DNA from: Syntrophaceae bacterium UBA6112
GTDB taxonomy: Bacteria; Desulfobacterota; Syntrophia; Syntrophales; UBA5619
Reading direction: 5' to 3'
Assembly: GCA_002423465.1 (NCBI GenBank)
Contig: DIWG01000018.1
Coordinates: 12,323 to 76,322 of the forward strand
DNA length: 64,000 nt
Shown: one piece after another, positions 1 to 8,567 of the stretch
Position numbering within the stretch: the first letter of the stretch is position 1
Layout: every line of letters starts with the position of its first letter
Notes under the pieces: generated by a model
The model's input: the letters and a program-made list of their open reading frames with translations, nothing else
Database searches by the model: none
What the model was told of the DNA's origin: nothing
Made by a program: the position numbers and the translations under genes

Positions 1-1867
1 CCGCGGCCTTGTCGCCCGGAAGCACCTCCGCCAGGATCCGGTCGATGCCGAGGATTTTGCCCATTGCCTTCGCCGTTCCGGCATTGTCCCCGGTGATCAT
101 GGCGACCTTGAGCCCCATTCCCTTCAGGGCAGCAACGGCCGCCGCCGCGGAGGGCTTGGGCTGATCGGAAAATCCCAGCAGGCCCAGCATCCGACCGTCC
201 TCCGCCACGAAAACGGAGGTCTTCCCCTCGCCGGCCAGCCTCGCGGCTTCACCCTTCATGCCACCGCCCGCGCCCGTCTCCCCTATCCCCTCCCCTTCCA
301 GAAAACGGCGGTTGCCGAGAAGCATCGTCTTCCCGTCCCGGACGGCCTTCGCACCGAGGCCGGAGAAGGCCTCGAACCCGGTAACCGCCGCTGCATGTAA
401 AGCTTCCCGTTTTCCCCGCTCCAGGACCGCCCGGGCGAGGGGGTGCTCGGAGACAGCCTCGATGTCGAGGGCGGCCTGCAGGAGTCCCGCAGGCGCGATT
501 CCCGGGACGGGGAGGATATCCGTTACCTCCGGCTCACCCCGAGTCAGGGTGCCGGTCTTGTCGAAAACGACCGTCCGCAGGCGGTAGGCGTTCTCCAGGC
601 TCTCTCCCCCCTTGATCAGGATGCCGTTTTCCGCCCCGAGCCCCGTCCCGACCATGACTGCCGTCGGGGTTGCCAACCCCAGTGCGCACGGACAGGCAAT
701 GACAAGGACGGAGACGAAATTGAGCAGAGAACGGCTGAAGACGGGTTCGGGGACCAAAAACTGCCAGACGGCAAAGGTCAGAAGACCAATCCCGAAGACG
801 ACGGGGACGAAGATGGAGGCGACCTTATCCGCCAGCCGCTGGATCGGGGCCTTGGACCCCTGCGCATCCTCGACAAGGCGGATGATCTGCGCCAGCGCCG
901 TCTCGGCGCCGATCCGCGTCGCCCGGAACGTGAAGCTCCCGGTCCGGTTGAGGGTTGCGGCAAAGACCTCCGTCCCCGCTTCCTTGGCGACCGGCATGCT
1001 CTCCCCGGTCAGCATCGACTCGTCGACACTGGAATTCCCGGAGACGACCACGCCGTCCGTGGGGATCTTCTCCCCGGGTCGGACAAGGACCAGATCGCCT
1101 TTGACGACCCCTTCGATCGGGATATCGATCTCGGCGCCCTCCCGAACGACGCGGGCCGTTTTCGGCTTCAACCCCATCAGGCGCTGGATGGCCTGGGAGG
1201 TCTTCCCCTTCGCCCTCGCCTCCAGAAGCCGGCCGAGGATGATCAGGGTCACGATGAAGGCCGCCCCGTCGTAATAGACGTGGGGCATGATCTCCGCCCC
1301 GGCGAAGAATTGCGGGAAGAAGGTCGCAAGCGACGAATAGAGCCAGGCCGCAAGCGCCCCGACGGCGACCAGTGTGTTCATGTCGGTGGTCTTCTGGCGA
1401 GCCGCCTTGAGCGCCCCGATGAAGAACCGGCTCCCCACCCAGAAGACGACCGGCGTCGTCAGAAAAAAGAGGCCGATCAGCAGCGGCTGCCGTGGGATCC
1501 CCATCAGAAACGGGAACCAGTGCTGCATGGAGCCCAGGAAGATGACGCCGGAAAGGACGATTCCGACGGTAAAGCGGGTTCTGAGGTCCCGAATCTCCTT
1601 TTCGCGGGCCTCGCCGATCGGGTCCTCGCGGGTTTCGTCGAGGATTCCCAGGAACTCATATCCCTGATCGGCGATCACCTGGCGAAGCGCCTCGACGCCT
1701 GCCCAGCCGGGGGCGTGGGAGACGGTCGCCCGTGCGGTTGCGAGGTTCACGGCGACCTCCGTCACCCCCGATACCGCCAGGAGAGCGTTCTCCACGCGGC
1801 GGACACAGGCGGCGCAACTCATCCCCCCCACGGAAACGGTTGTTTTGAGGATCCGGTCAGTCGGCAA
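1..1867 (-). CDS. copA: Heavy-metal (Cu+) translocating P-type ATPase, partial; C-terminus lies beyond the left window edge
   Basis: My own minus-strand translation; it is absent from the ORF track because no stop falls inside the window. N-terminal HMA motif GGMSCAACV, transmembrane CPC motif [15 protein letters not shown], phosphorylation site [10 protein letters not shown] and MITGDN are all present. The start is uncertain: an in-frame TTG at 1867 overlaps the copZ stop. Confidence 0.9.
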   Translation of the reverse strand, partial: MPTDRILKTTVSVGGMSCAACVRRVENALLAVSGVTEVAVNLATARATVSHAPGWAGVEALRQVIADQGYEFLGILDETREDPIGEAREKEIRDLRTRFTVGIVLSGVIFLGSMQHWFPFLMGIPRQPLLIGLFFLTTPVVFWVGSRFFIGALKAARQKTTDMNTLVAVGALAAWLYSSLATFFPQFFAGAEIMPHVYYDGAAFIVTLIILGRLLEARAKGKTSQAIQRLMGLKPKTARVVREGAEIDIPIEGVVKGDLVLVRPGEKIPTDGVVVSGNSSVDESMLTGESMPVAKEAGTEVFAATLNRTGSFTFRATRIGAETALAQIIRLVEDAQGSKAPIQRLADKVASIFVPVVFGIGLLTFAVWQFLVPEPVFSRSLLNFVSVLVIACPCALGLATPTAVMVGTGLGAENGILIKGGESLENAYRLRTVVFDKTGTLTRGEPEVTDILPVPGIAPAGLLQAALDIEAVSEHPLARAVLERGKREALHAAAVTGFEAFSGLGAKAVRDGKTMLLGNRRFLEGEGIGETGAGGGMKGEAARLAGEGKTSVFVAEDGRMLGLLGFSDQPKPSAAAAVAALKGMGLKVAMITGDNAGTAKAMGKILGIDRILAEVLPGDKAA

Positions 1868-2057
1868 CGTCGAACCCCGCTTTAGCGATCCGCTCCCGGA
1901 TCAGAGCCCGGTCCACCGTCTTCTCCTCCGTAAAGGCCGCCTCGCCCTTCTCCAGATCCACCTGCACATCCCGGATTCCATCGATACTTCCGAGCGCCTT
2001 CGTCACGGCCATGACGCAGTGCCCGCAGGTCATTCCCTTGATTTTGATCGTCGTCAT
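1857..2057 (-). CDS. copZ: Copper chaperone, heavy-metal-associated (HMA) domain protein
   Basis: [18 protein letters not shown] carries the MxCxxC motif. AAGGAG lies about 7 nt upstream of the ATG at 2057. The track ORF start at 2096 adds 13 residues with no RBS. It sits directly upstream of copA. Confidence 0.85.
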   Translation of the reverse strand: MTTIKIKGMTCGHCVMAVTKALGSIDGIRDVQVDLEKGEAAFTEEKTVDRALIRERIAKAGFDVAD

Positions 2058-2077
2058 CTCTTTCTCCTTTTTAAAGA

Positions 2078-2089
2078 ATACAAATGTAT
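2078..2089. promoter_or_regulatory. cop-box-like palindrome ATACAAATGTAT (core TACAnnTGTA) upstream of copZ
   Basis: Perfect inverted repeat about 21 nt upstream of the copZ start codon. It matches the CopY-type cop box consensus TACAnnTGTA. No CopY-like repressor gene is in the window. Confidence 0.3.
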
Positions 2090-2104
2090 GCAACACCTTC
2101 CTGA

Positions 2105-2150
2105 ATGTGAAGCTCCCCGCCTACAAGGCAAGGCTTGCGGGTTGCGCTCC
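2105..2150 (+). repeat. Truncated copy of the ~113-nt structured intergenic repeat (family 2)
   Basis: atgtgaagctccccgc...acaaggcaaggcttgcgggttgcgctcc matches both ends of the full copies at 43753-43865 and 60788-60901. Confidence 0.55.
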
Positions 2151-2420
2151 AAGCCAATCCGGCTTTTTATTTTATCATGTCCTTACCCGTCTCGGCAACC
2201 GGAATCATCCTTTCCATGGAATCCGCCCCCGGAAAAGTTCTTTTTTTACAGTGGCATCCGCGGATGCCGCCGCCATTAATCGCTTGACAGGAGAGGGTCG
2301 ACCGGTTATTTTAGGGTCACCACGAGCGGACACCCCATTTCCAAACAGGGCTGGTAAACCCGGCAACTTTGAACCGTCGAGAGACGGAGCAGACCGAATG
2401 GGATCTTTCGTTCCCCCGCT

Positions 2421-3977
2421 GTGACATTGAGGCCCATGATCACATCGTTTTTGAAAAACAAACCCCGCCGTCGATCCTTGATCGCCACTCTGCTTGCGCT
2501 GGCCGTCCTGCTGCCGGCCTGGTGGTACTCCGGGCTTTGGCGGCAGGAACGGCTTCTCATCGAAAAACGGCTTCAAGTCGCCGACCTTCTGGAAGTCCAG
2601 GGCCGATCGCTCGGCACGGAAATCAAGAGCCGCCTGGCCATCCTGCAGGCGCTTAAGACCTTCTTGGTCGAACGCATCCGCAACGACCAGGAGATCGCTC
2701 CGGCCGAATTCACCGCCTTTGCGGCGGGCATCAGCAACGTTGCAAGCGGCGTCCGCGCCATTTCCATTGCCCCCGACGGGATCACCCAATTGATCTATCC
2801 GGGAGGGAGCACCGAGGGCCTTGCCGGACAGGACCTTTTCCGCGACGCCCGCCCGCAGATCCGCGCCGACGTTCAGCGCGCCGTCCGCTCGCGTCGAATT
2901 GCGATCAGCGGCCCTTATGCGCTCCGCCCCAAGGGACTGGGGCTCGTCGCGCGGCAAGCCATTTACACGGGGGACCATTTCTGGGGACTGATTTCCCTCG
3001 TTCTGGACGTCTCCTCCATTCTCACCGATGCGGGTCTGAATTCCCCGCCTCAAGGTCTGCAGATCGCCCTGCTGGACCGTTCCGGCCGCCTGTTGTCGGG
3101 GGGGAAAACCGTCCTGACGGGAAATCCCGTTTTTTTTCAAGTCAATATCACCGACGGATCCTGGAAACTGGCTGCCCTTCCCGCGGAGGGTTGGACCGCG
3201 GCCGTGAAGAAACCCCTCCTCCAGTTCCGCGGCATAACTTTGGCAATCACGATCCTGACGGCAATCCTGATCGGCCTGGCGGCCGGTTACCGGGCCCATC
3301 TGACCCAGGCCGTGCGTCAGCGTACCGGCGTCCTGCAGCGGTCGCTCACCGATCGCCGGGAGGCAGAGGAAAAACTGAACCGGACACTGGACAAACTTCG
3401 GCAGGCGATGGGGGCGACATTGAATACGCTGGCCCTAACGGTCGAAACAAAGGACCCTTACACGGCGGGTCATCACAAAAGGGTTGAGGATTTGGCGAGG
3501 ACAATCGCGACGGAGATGGGGCTCTCCGAAAACACCATTGACGGGATCCGGATGGCGGCCTCCCTCCATGATATTGGAAAGATCTCGGTGCCTGCGGAAA
3601 TCTTGAGCAAGTCGTTTAAGCTGTCGGAAACGGAGTTTCACCTGATCAAGACGCACCCCCAGACGGGGTATGATATCCTGAAACAGGTTGAATTTCCATG
3701 GCCCGTGGCGCGGATCGTCTGGCAGCATCATGAACGGCTGGACGGGTCGGGATATCCGCTGGGTTTGAAGGGGGAGGAGATTCTGCAGGAGGCGAAAATC
3801 ATGGCGGTGGCGGACGTTGTGGAGGCAATGTCCTCCAACCGCTCTTACCGACCGACGCCGGGGCTGAACAAGGCGCTGGAAGAGATTGAGTCTCAGCGGG
3901 GAGTTCTCTACGACTCGACCGTGGTCGACGCCTGTCTGTGCATCTTTAAAGAAAAAGACTTTCGGTTGGTTGTGTAA
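2421..3977 (+). CDS. HD-GYP domain phosphodiesterase/response protein with an N-terminal membrane-anchored periplasmic sensor domain
   Basis: The C-terminus has HHKRVEDLA, SLHDIGKISVP and HHERLDGSGYP (HD-GYP signature). Two hydrophobic segments flank a ~250-aa extracytoplasmic domain. The track start is GTG at 2421; an alternative ATG lies at 2436. Confidence 0.85.
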   Translation: MTLRPMITSFLKNKPRRRSLIATLLALAVLLPAWWYSGLWRQERLLIEKRLQVADLLEVQGRSLGTEIKSRLAILQALKTFLVERIRNDQEIAPAEFTAFAAGISNVASGVRAISIAPDGITQLIYPGGSTEGLAGQDLFRDARPQIRADVQRAVRSRRIAISGPYALRPKGLGLVARQAIYTGDHFWGLISLVLDVSSILTDAGLNSPPQGLQIALLDRSGRLLSGGKTVLTGNPVFFQVNITDGSWKLAALPAEGWTAAVKKPLLQFRGITLAITILTAILIGLAAGYRAHLTQAVRQRTGVLQRSLTDRREAEEKLNRTLDKLRQAMGATLNTLALTVETKDPYTAGHHKRVEDLARTIATEMGLSENTIDGIRMAASLHDIGKISVPAEILSKSFKLSETEFHLIKTHPQTGYDILKQVEFPWPVARIVWQHHERLDGSGYPLGLKGEEILQEAKIMAVADVVEAMSSNRSYRPTPGLNKALEEIESQRGVLYDSTVVDACLCIFKEKDFRLVV

Positions 3978-4085
3978 ACACGTGAACCCTGTCGGCTTGC
4001 CAAAAGTGTGGGGCTTTTGCCCAAACCGCCGCCGCGGTCACGTCAGGGGTTTGGGCAGACATTGAACGATACCAGGAGGAAGCGT

Positions 4086-4919
4086 ATGTTGGTCCGCTGT
4101 TGGGGCGCCAGAGGATCCATTCCGGTTTCCGGCAAGACGTATCTGCGTTATGGAGGAGACACCTCCTGCATTGAGATCCGCACCGCGGACAACCGCATCG
4201 TCATTATCGACGCCGGCTCAGGGATCCGGAGGCTCGGAAACCGCCTCCTTGCCGAAAAACGCCGCAACTATGCACTGATTTTCACCCACGCCCACTGGGA
4301 TCACATCATGGGCTTTCCCTTCTTCAAGCCGATCTACCTGTCCGGCACGCATATCAACGTGTTCGGTTGTCCCTTTGCCCAGGCCTCCGTCCGGAAAATG
4401 ATCTCCCACATCATGGCCCCTCCCAATTTTCCCGTGAATTTCGAAGAGATCAAGGCGAAAATCCGCTATCAGGACGCCTGTCAGGAAACGTTTCAGCTTG
4501 GGGGCCTGATGATCACCTCCATTCCGATCAGCCACCCAAACCAGGGGATGGGATACCGTTTCGAAGAGAGCGGGAAATCTTTCGTCTTCCTGACCGACAA
4601 TGAGCTGACCTACCGGCATCCGGGCGGCATGGCGTATGAGGACTACCTTGCCTTTGTGGAAGGAGCAGATCTTCTCGTCCACGACGCCGAATATCGTCCC
4701 CGTGATTACCGTCTAACCCGGACATGGGGCCATTCCGTTTACACGGACACGCTGCGTCTCGCCCTCGAAGGCGACGTCGGCCGTCTCGGCCTCTTTCACC
4801 ACAACCAGGAGCGGACGGACGAGGCCGTGGATGAGATGGTGGCGGACTGCCGGAGAATCATTACCAAACGTCCTCTGGAGTGTTTCGCCCTCCGCCAGGA
4901 CATGGAGATCATCGTCTGA
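4086..4919 (+). CDS. MBL-fold metallo-hydrolase
   Basis: THAHWDHIMGFPFF (HxHxDH motif). AGGAGGA RBS lies just upstream of the ATG at 4086. The track start at 4008 gives a basic N-terminal extension with no RBS. Confidence 0.8.
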   Translation: MLVRCWGARGSIPVSGKTYLRYGGDTSCIEIRTADNRIVIIDAGSGIRRLGNRLLAEKRRNYALIFTHAHWDHIMGFPFFKPIYLSGTHINVFGCPFAQASVRKMISHIMAPPNFPVNFEEIKAKIRYQDACQETFQLGGLMITSIPISHPNQGMGYRFEESGKSFVFLTDNELTYRHPGGMAYEDYLAFVEGADLLVHDAEYRPRDYRLTRTWGHSVYTDTLRLALEGDVGRLGLFHHNQERTDEAVDEMVADCRRIITKRPLECFALRQDMEIIV

Positions 4920-5047
4920 ATCCGCGTGAGAAGGCGGCACGGCGCGAAGAATGAACGCGACCGAAAACATTGCCGGAAACCGTCGGGGCGCAAGAAGCCC
5001 TTTCTCCCGCGACGACGGAACAACATCAGAAAAGGAGACGCACAAAC

Positions 5048-5458
5048 ATGATGATCCAAGACGAAAGACGTTGCAAGCACCCGGAAGGCAGAGGCCGTTT
5101 TTGCGGGGGTACGATCGCGGCCTGCATCCTGATGACCGCCATACTGCTGGCCCTTCTCCCCGCGTCCGGCGGGGCGCACTCCCCAAAGGAGGTCGTTCTC
5201 TCCTACGACCCGGCTAAAAAAACGCTGGAGGTCCGAATCACGCACGGCGTATCCGATCCGGCCAAACACTTCATCGATGCGGTCGAGATTCGAAAGGCGG
5301 GCAAAACGATCTCCAAGACGGAGTACCAGAGCCAGCCGGGAGAGACGACCTTTGTCTATTCCTACCCGCTGGATGCCGCCCCCGGCGACGCCATCGAGGT
5401 CAAGGCTTCGTGCAGCGTCTTCGGCTCCAAAACCGGAAAGCTGACCGTGGGGAAATAG
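5048..5458 (+). CDS. Hypothetical exported protein, beta-rich; weak resemblance to the desulfoferrodoxin/neelaredoxin iron-binding fold
   Basis: AAAGGAG RBS precedes the ATG at 5048. Hydrophobic signal-like segment GTIAACILMTAILLALLPASGGAHS. The pattern HGVSDPAKHFIDAVEI is reminiscent of the SOR HPMxxxHYIxWIEL motif, but the Cys-x2-His ligand pair is not conserved (CSVF). Confidence 0.6.
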   Translation: MMIQDERRCKHPEGRGRFCGGTIAACILMTAILLALLPASGGAHSPKEVVLSYDPAKKTLEVRITHGVSDPAKHFIDAVEIRKAGKTISKTEYQSQPGETTFVYSYPLDAAPGDAIEVKASCSVFGSKTGKLTVGK

Positions 5459-5485
5459 GGCCGCGGCGACAGAGCGGCAAGAACG

Positions 5486-7285
5486 ATGTTCATCCCCGCC
5501 ACCCCTGAGGAAGTCCGGGATCTTGGCTGGACGCGGCTCGACGTGATCCTGATTACCGGCGACAGCTACCTCGACAGCCCCTTCGTCGGCGTCTCCGTCA
5601 TCGGGCAACGCTTGCTGGCCGCCGGATACCGCGTGGGGATCATTCCCCAGCCGGATCCGGACTCCGAAAAGGACATCATCCGTCTCGGAGAACCGGCGCT
5701 CTTCTGGGGCGTCACGGGCGGTTGCATCGATTCCCTGGTCGCAAATCGGACCGCCTCCGGAAAGAGGCGCCGGAAGGACGACTTTACGGCCGGGGGGATC
5801 AACAATCGCCGTCCCGACCGCGCGGTCATCGTTTACGCCAACCTGATCCGCCGTTATTTTAAGGAGACGACCCCCATCGTCCTCGGAGGGATCGAGGCGA
5901 GCCTGCGGCGGATCACCCACTACGACTTCTGGTCGAACCGGGTGCGCCGCTCCATCCTGATGGACGCGAAGGCCGATTTCCTGCTCTATGGGATGGCGGA
6001 CAACTCGGTCCGGGAAGTCGCCGACTGCCTGCGGGACGGACGCGACATGTCGGCCCTGCGGGGCCTCTGTTACGTCGCAGCGACGCCGAAGCAGGGGTTT
6101 CTGGAAATCCCCGCCTGGGAAGAGGCGGCAGCGGACCCGGAAGCGTTTGAAAAGATGTTCCTGACCTTCACCCGGAACCAGGATCATCGCACCGCCCGGG
6201 GGATCTGCCAGAGACACAGCGCCCGCTGGCTCATCCACAACCCGCCGGCGGCGCCGCTTACGGAGGCGGAGATGGACGAGGTCCACGGGATGAACTTCAC
6301 GCGGGCGGTCCATCCCTCCCATCGCCGCGACGGTGAGGTCCGGGCGCTGGAAACGATCCGCTTTTCCATCGCCACCCACCGGGGGTGCTACGGAGGGTGT
6401 CATTTCTGCGCAATCGCCGTCCACGAGGGGCGGACGGTCAGCTCGCGGAGCGAGGCGTCGATTTTACGCGAGGCGGAATTGCTTTCCTCCCTCCCCGGCT
6501 TCAAGGGGCGAATCCTCGACGTGGGCGGGCCGACGGCCAACATGTACGGGTTCGAATGCGAAAAGAAGCTTGCCCGTGGCGCCTGCCTTGACCGAAACTG
6601 CCTCTACCCCGAGGTGTGCAAAAACCTCCGTCCCGATCACGGCCGCCAGATCGCCCTCCTTCGGAAACTCCGGGAAATTCCCGGCGTAAAACAAGCGATT
6701 GTCGCCTCCGGCATCCGCTACGACCTCCTCCTCGCCGACCGGAAATATGGCGTCCCCTATCTGCGCGAAGTCGTCCGCCGCCACGTCTCCGGACAGATGA
6801 AAGTTGCTCCCGAACACTCGGAGGGAAAGGTCCTCCGGTGGATGGGGAAACCGGGGACCGGCCCCTTGCTCGCCTTGCGCGGTCTTTTTCGCAACCTCAC
6901 GGCGGAGGCGGGGAAGGAGCAGTTCCTCACCTACTATTGGATCGCCGCCCATCCCGGCTGCACGCAGGCGGACATGGAGGCGCTCCGCCGCTTCGCCGGC
7001 CGGGAACTCGCCCTTCAACCCGAGCAGGTCCAACTCTTCACCCCGACCCCCGCGACGATCTCCACATTGATGTACCACACCGGGCGGGATCCCTGGAGCG
7101 GAAGAAAGCTCTTCGTCGAGAAGACCGCCTCCGGCCGCGAGCTTCAAAAAAAGATTTTGGTTGCGAAAATGGGGTGCTTCGGGTATGAAAGCGGCGAACC
7201 GCAACAAATCGAACGGGAGGGAAAATCATGGGCAAAGACAAGGACGTCAAAAAAGATACCAAGAAAAAACCTTCCAAAACGCTGA
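5486..7285 (+). CDS. ygiQ: YgiQ family (UPF0313) radical SAM protein
   Basis: The N-terminal region MFIPATPEEVRDLGWTRLDVILITGDSYLDSPFVGVSVIG is typical of YgiQ. Radical SAM motif HRGCYGGCHFC (CxxxCxxC). Basic C-terminal tail. Confidence 0.85.
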   Translation: MFIPATPEEVRDLGWTRLDVILITGDSYLDSPFVGVSVIGQRLLAAGYRVGIIPQPDPDSEKDIIRLGEPALFWGVTGGCIDSLVANRTASGKRRRKDDFTAGGINNRRPDRAVIVYANLIRRYFKETTPIVLGGIEASLRRITHYDFWSNRVRRSILMDAKADFLLYGMADNSVREVADCLRDGRDMSALRGLCYVAATPKQGFLEIPAWEEAAADPEAFEKMFLTFTRNQDHRTARGICQRHSARWLIHNPPAAPLTEAEMDEVHGMNFTRAVHPSHRRDGEVRALETIRFSIATHRGCYGGCHFCAIAVHEGRTVSSRSEASILREAELLSSLPGFKGRILDVGGPTANMYGFECEKKLARGACLDRNCLYPEVCKNLRPDHGRQIALLRKLREIPGVKQAIVASGIRYDLLLADRKYGVPYLREVVRRHVSGQMKVAPEHSEGKVLRWMGKPGTGPLLALRGLFRNLTAEAGKEQFLTYYWIAAHPGCTQADMEALRRFAGRELALQPEQVQLFTPTPATISTLMYHTGRDPWSGRKLFVEKTASGRELQKKILVAKMGCFGYESGEPQQIEREGKSWAKTRTSKKIPRKNLPKR

Positions 7286-7341
7286 AGGAAAAGAAAGAGG
7301 CCAAGCGGCTGAAGAAGACGGGGAAAGCCGGAGAGGTCTGA
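7228..7341 (+). CDS. Candidate small lysine-rich protein (37 aa), below the size cutoff of the ORF track
   Basis: My translation is MGKDKDVKKDTKKKPSKTLKEKKEAKRLKKTGKAGEV. GGGAGGG RBS lies about 6 nt upstream. Its TGA overlaps the ATG of the next gene (TGATG). It overlaps the ygiQ 3-prime end in another frame. Confidence 0.35.
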   Translation: MGKDKDVKKDTKKKPSKTLKEKKEAKRLKKTGKAGEV

Positions 7342-8192
7342 TGCCGCCGGAGGCGAAACGCCTGCCGAAGCCGCTGGTGGATTTTCACGTCCACCTCTTT
7401 CCGGACCGTCTGTTCGACGCGATCCGGCGACAATTCGTCACGGACTACGGGTGGAGCGTTCTCCACCCGCTCTACTGGCGCGAGAGCGTCGCCCACCTGC
7501 GCGAGCGGGGCGTCGGCCCCGTCGTTTATTCCAATTACGCCCACCGCAAGGATATCGCACGGGGGCTCAACGACTGGAACCGGAAGATTCTGGCGGAGCT
7601 GCCGGACCTTTACTGCTTTGCGGCCTTCCATCCCGACGACGAGGACGCTCTCACGCAGGCCGCCGACCTTCTCGACCACCCCCAGGTCCTGGGCTTCAAG
7701 CTCCAGCTCCTCGTCCAGCGGTTTTCCCCCGACGACGAACGGCTCTTCCCCCTGTGCGAACTGGTGATGGCCAAGGGAAAGCGTTTGCTCCTCCATGTCG
7801 GCACGGGACCGGTGGGTAATGAGTTCGTAGGGGTCGCCCCCTTCCGGCGACTGCTCGCCCGCTATCCCGATCTGCCCGCGATCGTCGCCCACATGGGGGC
7901 CCTGGAATATGGTCCATTCGGGGAACTCCTCGCCGAGCACCCCGCCATTTACATGGACACCGCTTTTTCCTTCCTCCCCCGCCTCGGTTCGATGTTCGAT
8001 CTCGGCAGTGATTTTCTGGAGACGCACCGGGAGCGGATCCTCTACGGCTCGGATTTTCCCAACATCCTCTTCCCCCGCGAGGATGAGATCGACACCCTCC
8101 TCGGGTTCGATCTTTCCCAGGCCTTCTACGACGCGGTTTTCCGCGACAACGGCCTGCAGATCATCCGGGAGGGTTCTCAGATGCGGCCGTAG
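7341..8192 (+). CDS. Amidohydrolase-family metal-dependent hydrolase
   Basis: PLVDFHVHLFPD (HxH metal motif) near the N-terminus, with a TIM-barrel amidohydrolase-like pattern. The ATG at 7341 avoids the basic low-complexity extension of the track ORF, which starts at 7161. Confidence 0.8.
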   Translation: MPPEAKRLPKPLVDFHVHLFPDRLFDAIRRQFVTDYGWSVLHPLYWRESVAHLRERGVGPVVYSNYAHRKDIARGLNDWNRKILAELPDLYCFAAFHPDDEDALTQAADLLDHPQVLGFKLQLLVQRFSPDDERLFPLCELVMAKGKRLLLHVGTGPVGNEFVGVAPFRRLLARYPDLPAIVAHMGALEYGPFGELLAEHPAIYMDTAFSFLPRLGSMFDLGSDFLETHRERILYGSDFPNILFPREDEIDTLLGFDLSQAFYDAVFRDNGLQIIREGSQMRP

Positions 8193-8518
8193 TCGTCCGC
8201 CAGCCGTTCGATATCGTCCTCTCCGAAGTACTCCCCCGTCTGGACCTCGATGAAGACCGCCTCCATCTTTCCCGTATTCCGGAGACGATGGGCCGCCCCG
8301 CAGGGGACATCGACGGCTTCTCCCGGCCGGAGCGGGACCTCCCGATCTTCGAGGGTCGCAACCGCCTCCCCGCGGACAAGGTACCAGTGTTCCGACCGGC
8401 GGCGGTGGCGCTGGAGACTCAGGCGTTTCCCCGGATCCACGGAGATCCGTTTGACCTTGTGGTCCGGCTCGTCAGCGAGAACCGTGTAACACCCCCATGG
8501 ACGGTGATCCGTTTCCAT
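8177..8518 (-). CDS. Cupin domain protein (mannose-6-phosphate isomerase type II C-terminal-like)
   Basis: RPWGCYTVL...GKRLSLQRHRRRSEHWYLVRGEA...AHRLRN matches the cupin motifs of the phosphomannose isomerase C-terminal domain. Confidence 0.8.
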   Translation of the reverse strand: METDHRPWGCYTVLADEPDHKVKRISVDPGKRLSLQRHRRRSEHWYLVRGEAVATLEDREVPLRPGEAVDVPCGAAHRLRNTGKMEAVFIEVQTGEYFGEDDIERLADDYGRI

Positions 8519-8567
8519 GCTTCCCCCTCTCGGAAAAGTTGGAACAGTTCTCTTTTCCGCGCTCTCC

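Noticed and set aside
443-1885. 480-aa plus-strand ORF, and overlapping plus-strand ORFs at 258-587, 612-1274 and 1374-1667
   Set aside because: These are shadow ORFs antisense to copA. Their composition is Arg/Gly/Asp/Pro-rich with no motifs, while the minus strand carries unmistakable P-type ATPase motifs.
2100-2160. Possible sigma-54 (-24 GG / -12 GC) promoter inside the family-2 repeat, also checked at 43830-43860
   Set aside because: The GG-to-GC spacing in GGcaaggcttGC and GGcgggacttGC is one or two nucleotides short of the TGGCAC-N5-TTGC geometry, and the flanking bases do not match.
3125-3140. T8 homopolymer inside the HD-GYP gene as a slippage site
   Set aside because: It encodes VFFQ in a conserved-looking cytoplasmic or periplasmic segment of a housekeeping-type sensor. 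It lacks the surface-antigen context and 5-prime location that make the G8 tract at 26604 noteworthy.
4796-6424. 542-aa minus-strand ORF
   Set aside because: It is antisense to the exported-protein and ygiQ genes, with the typical high-GC shadow composition (R, G, D, P, A), no RBS and no recognisable domain.
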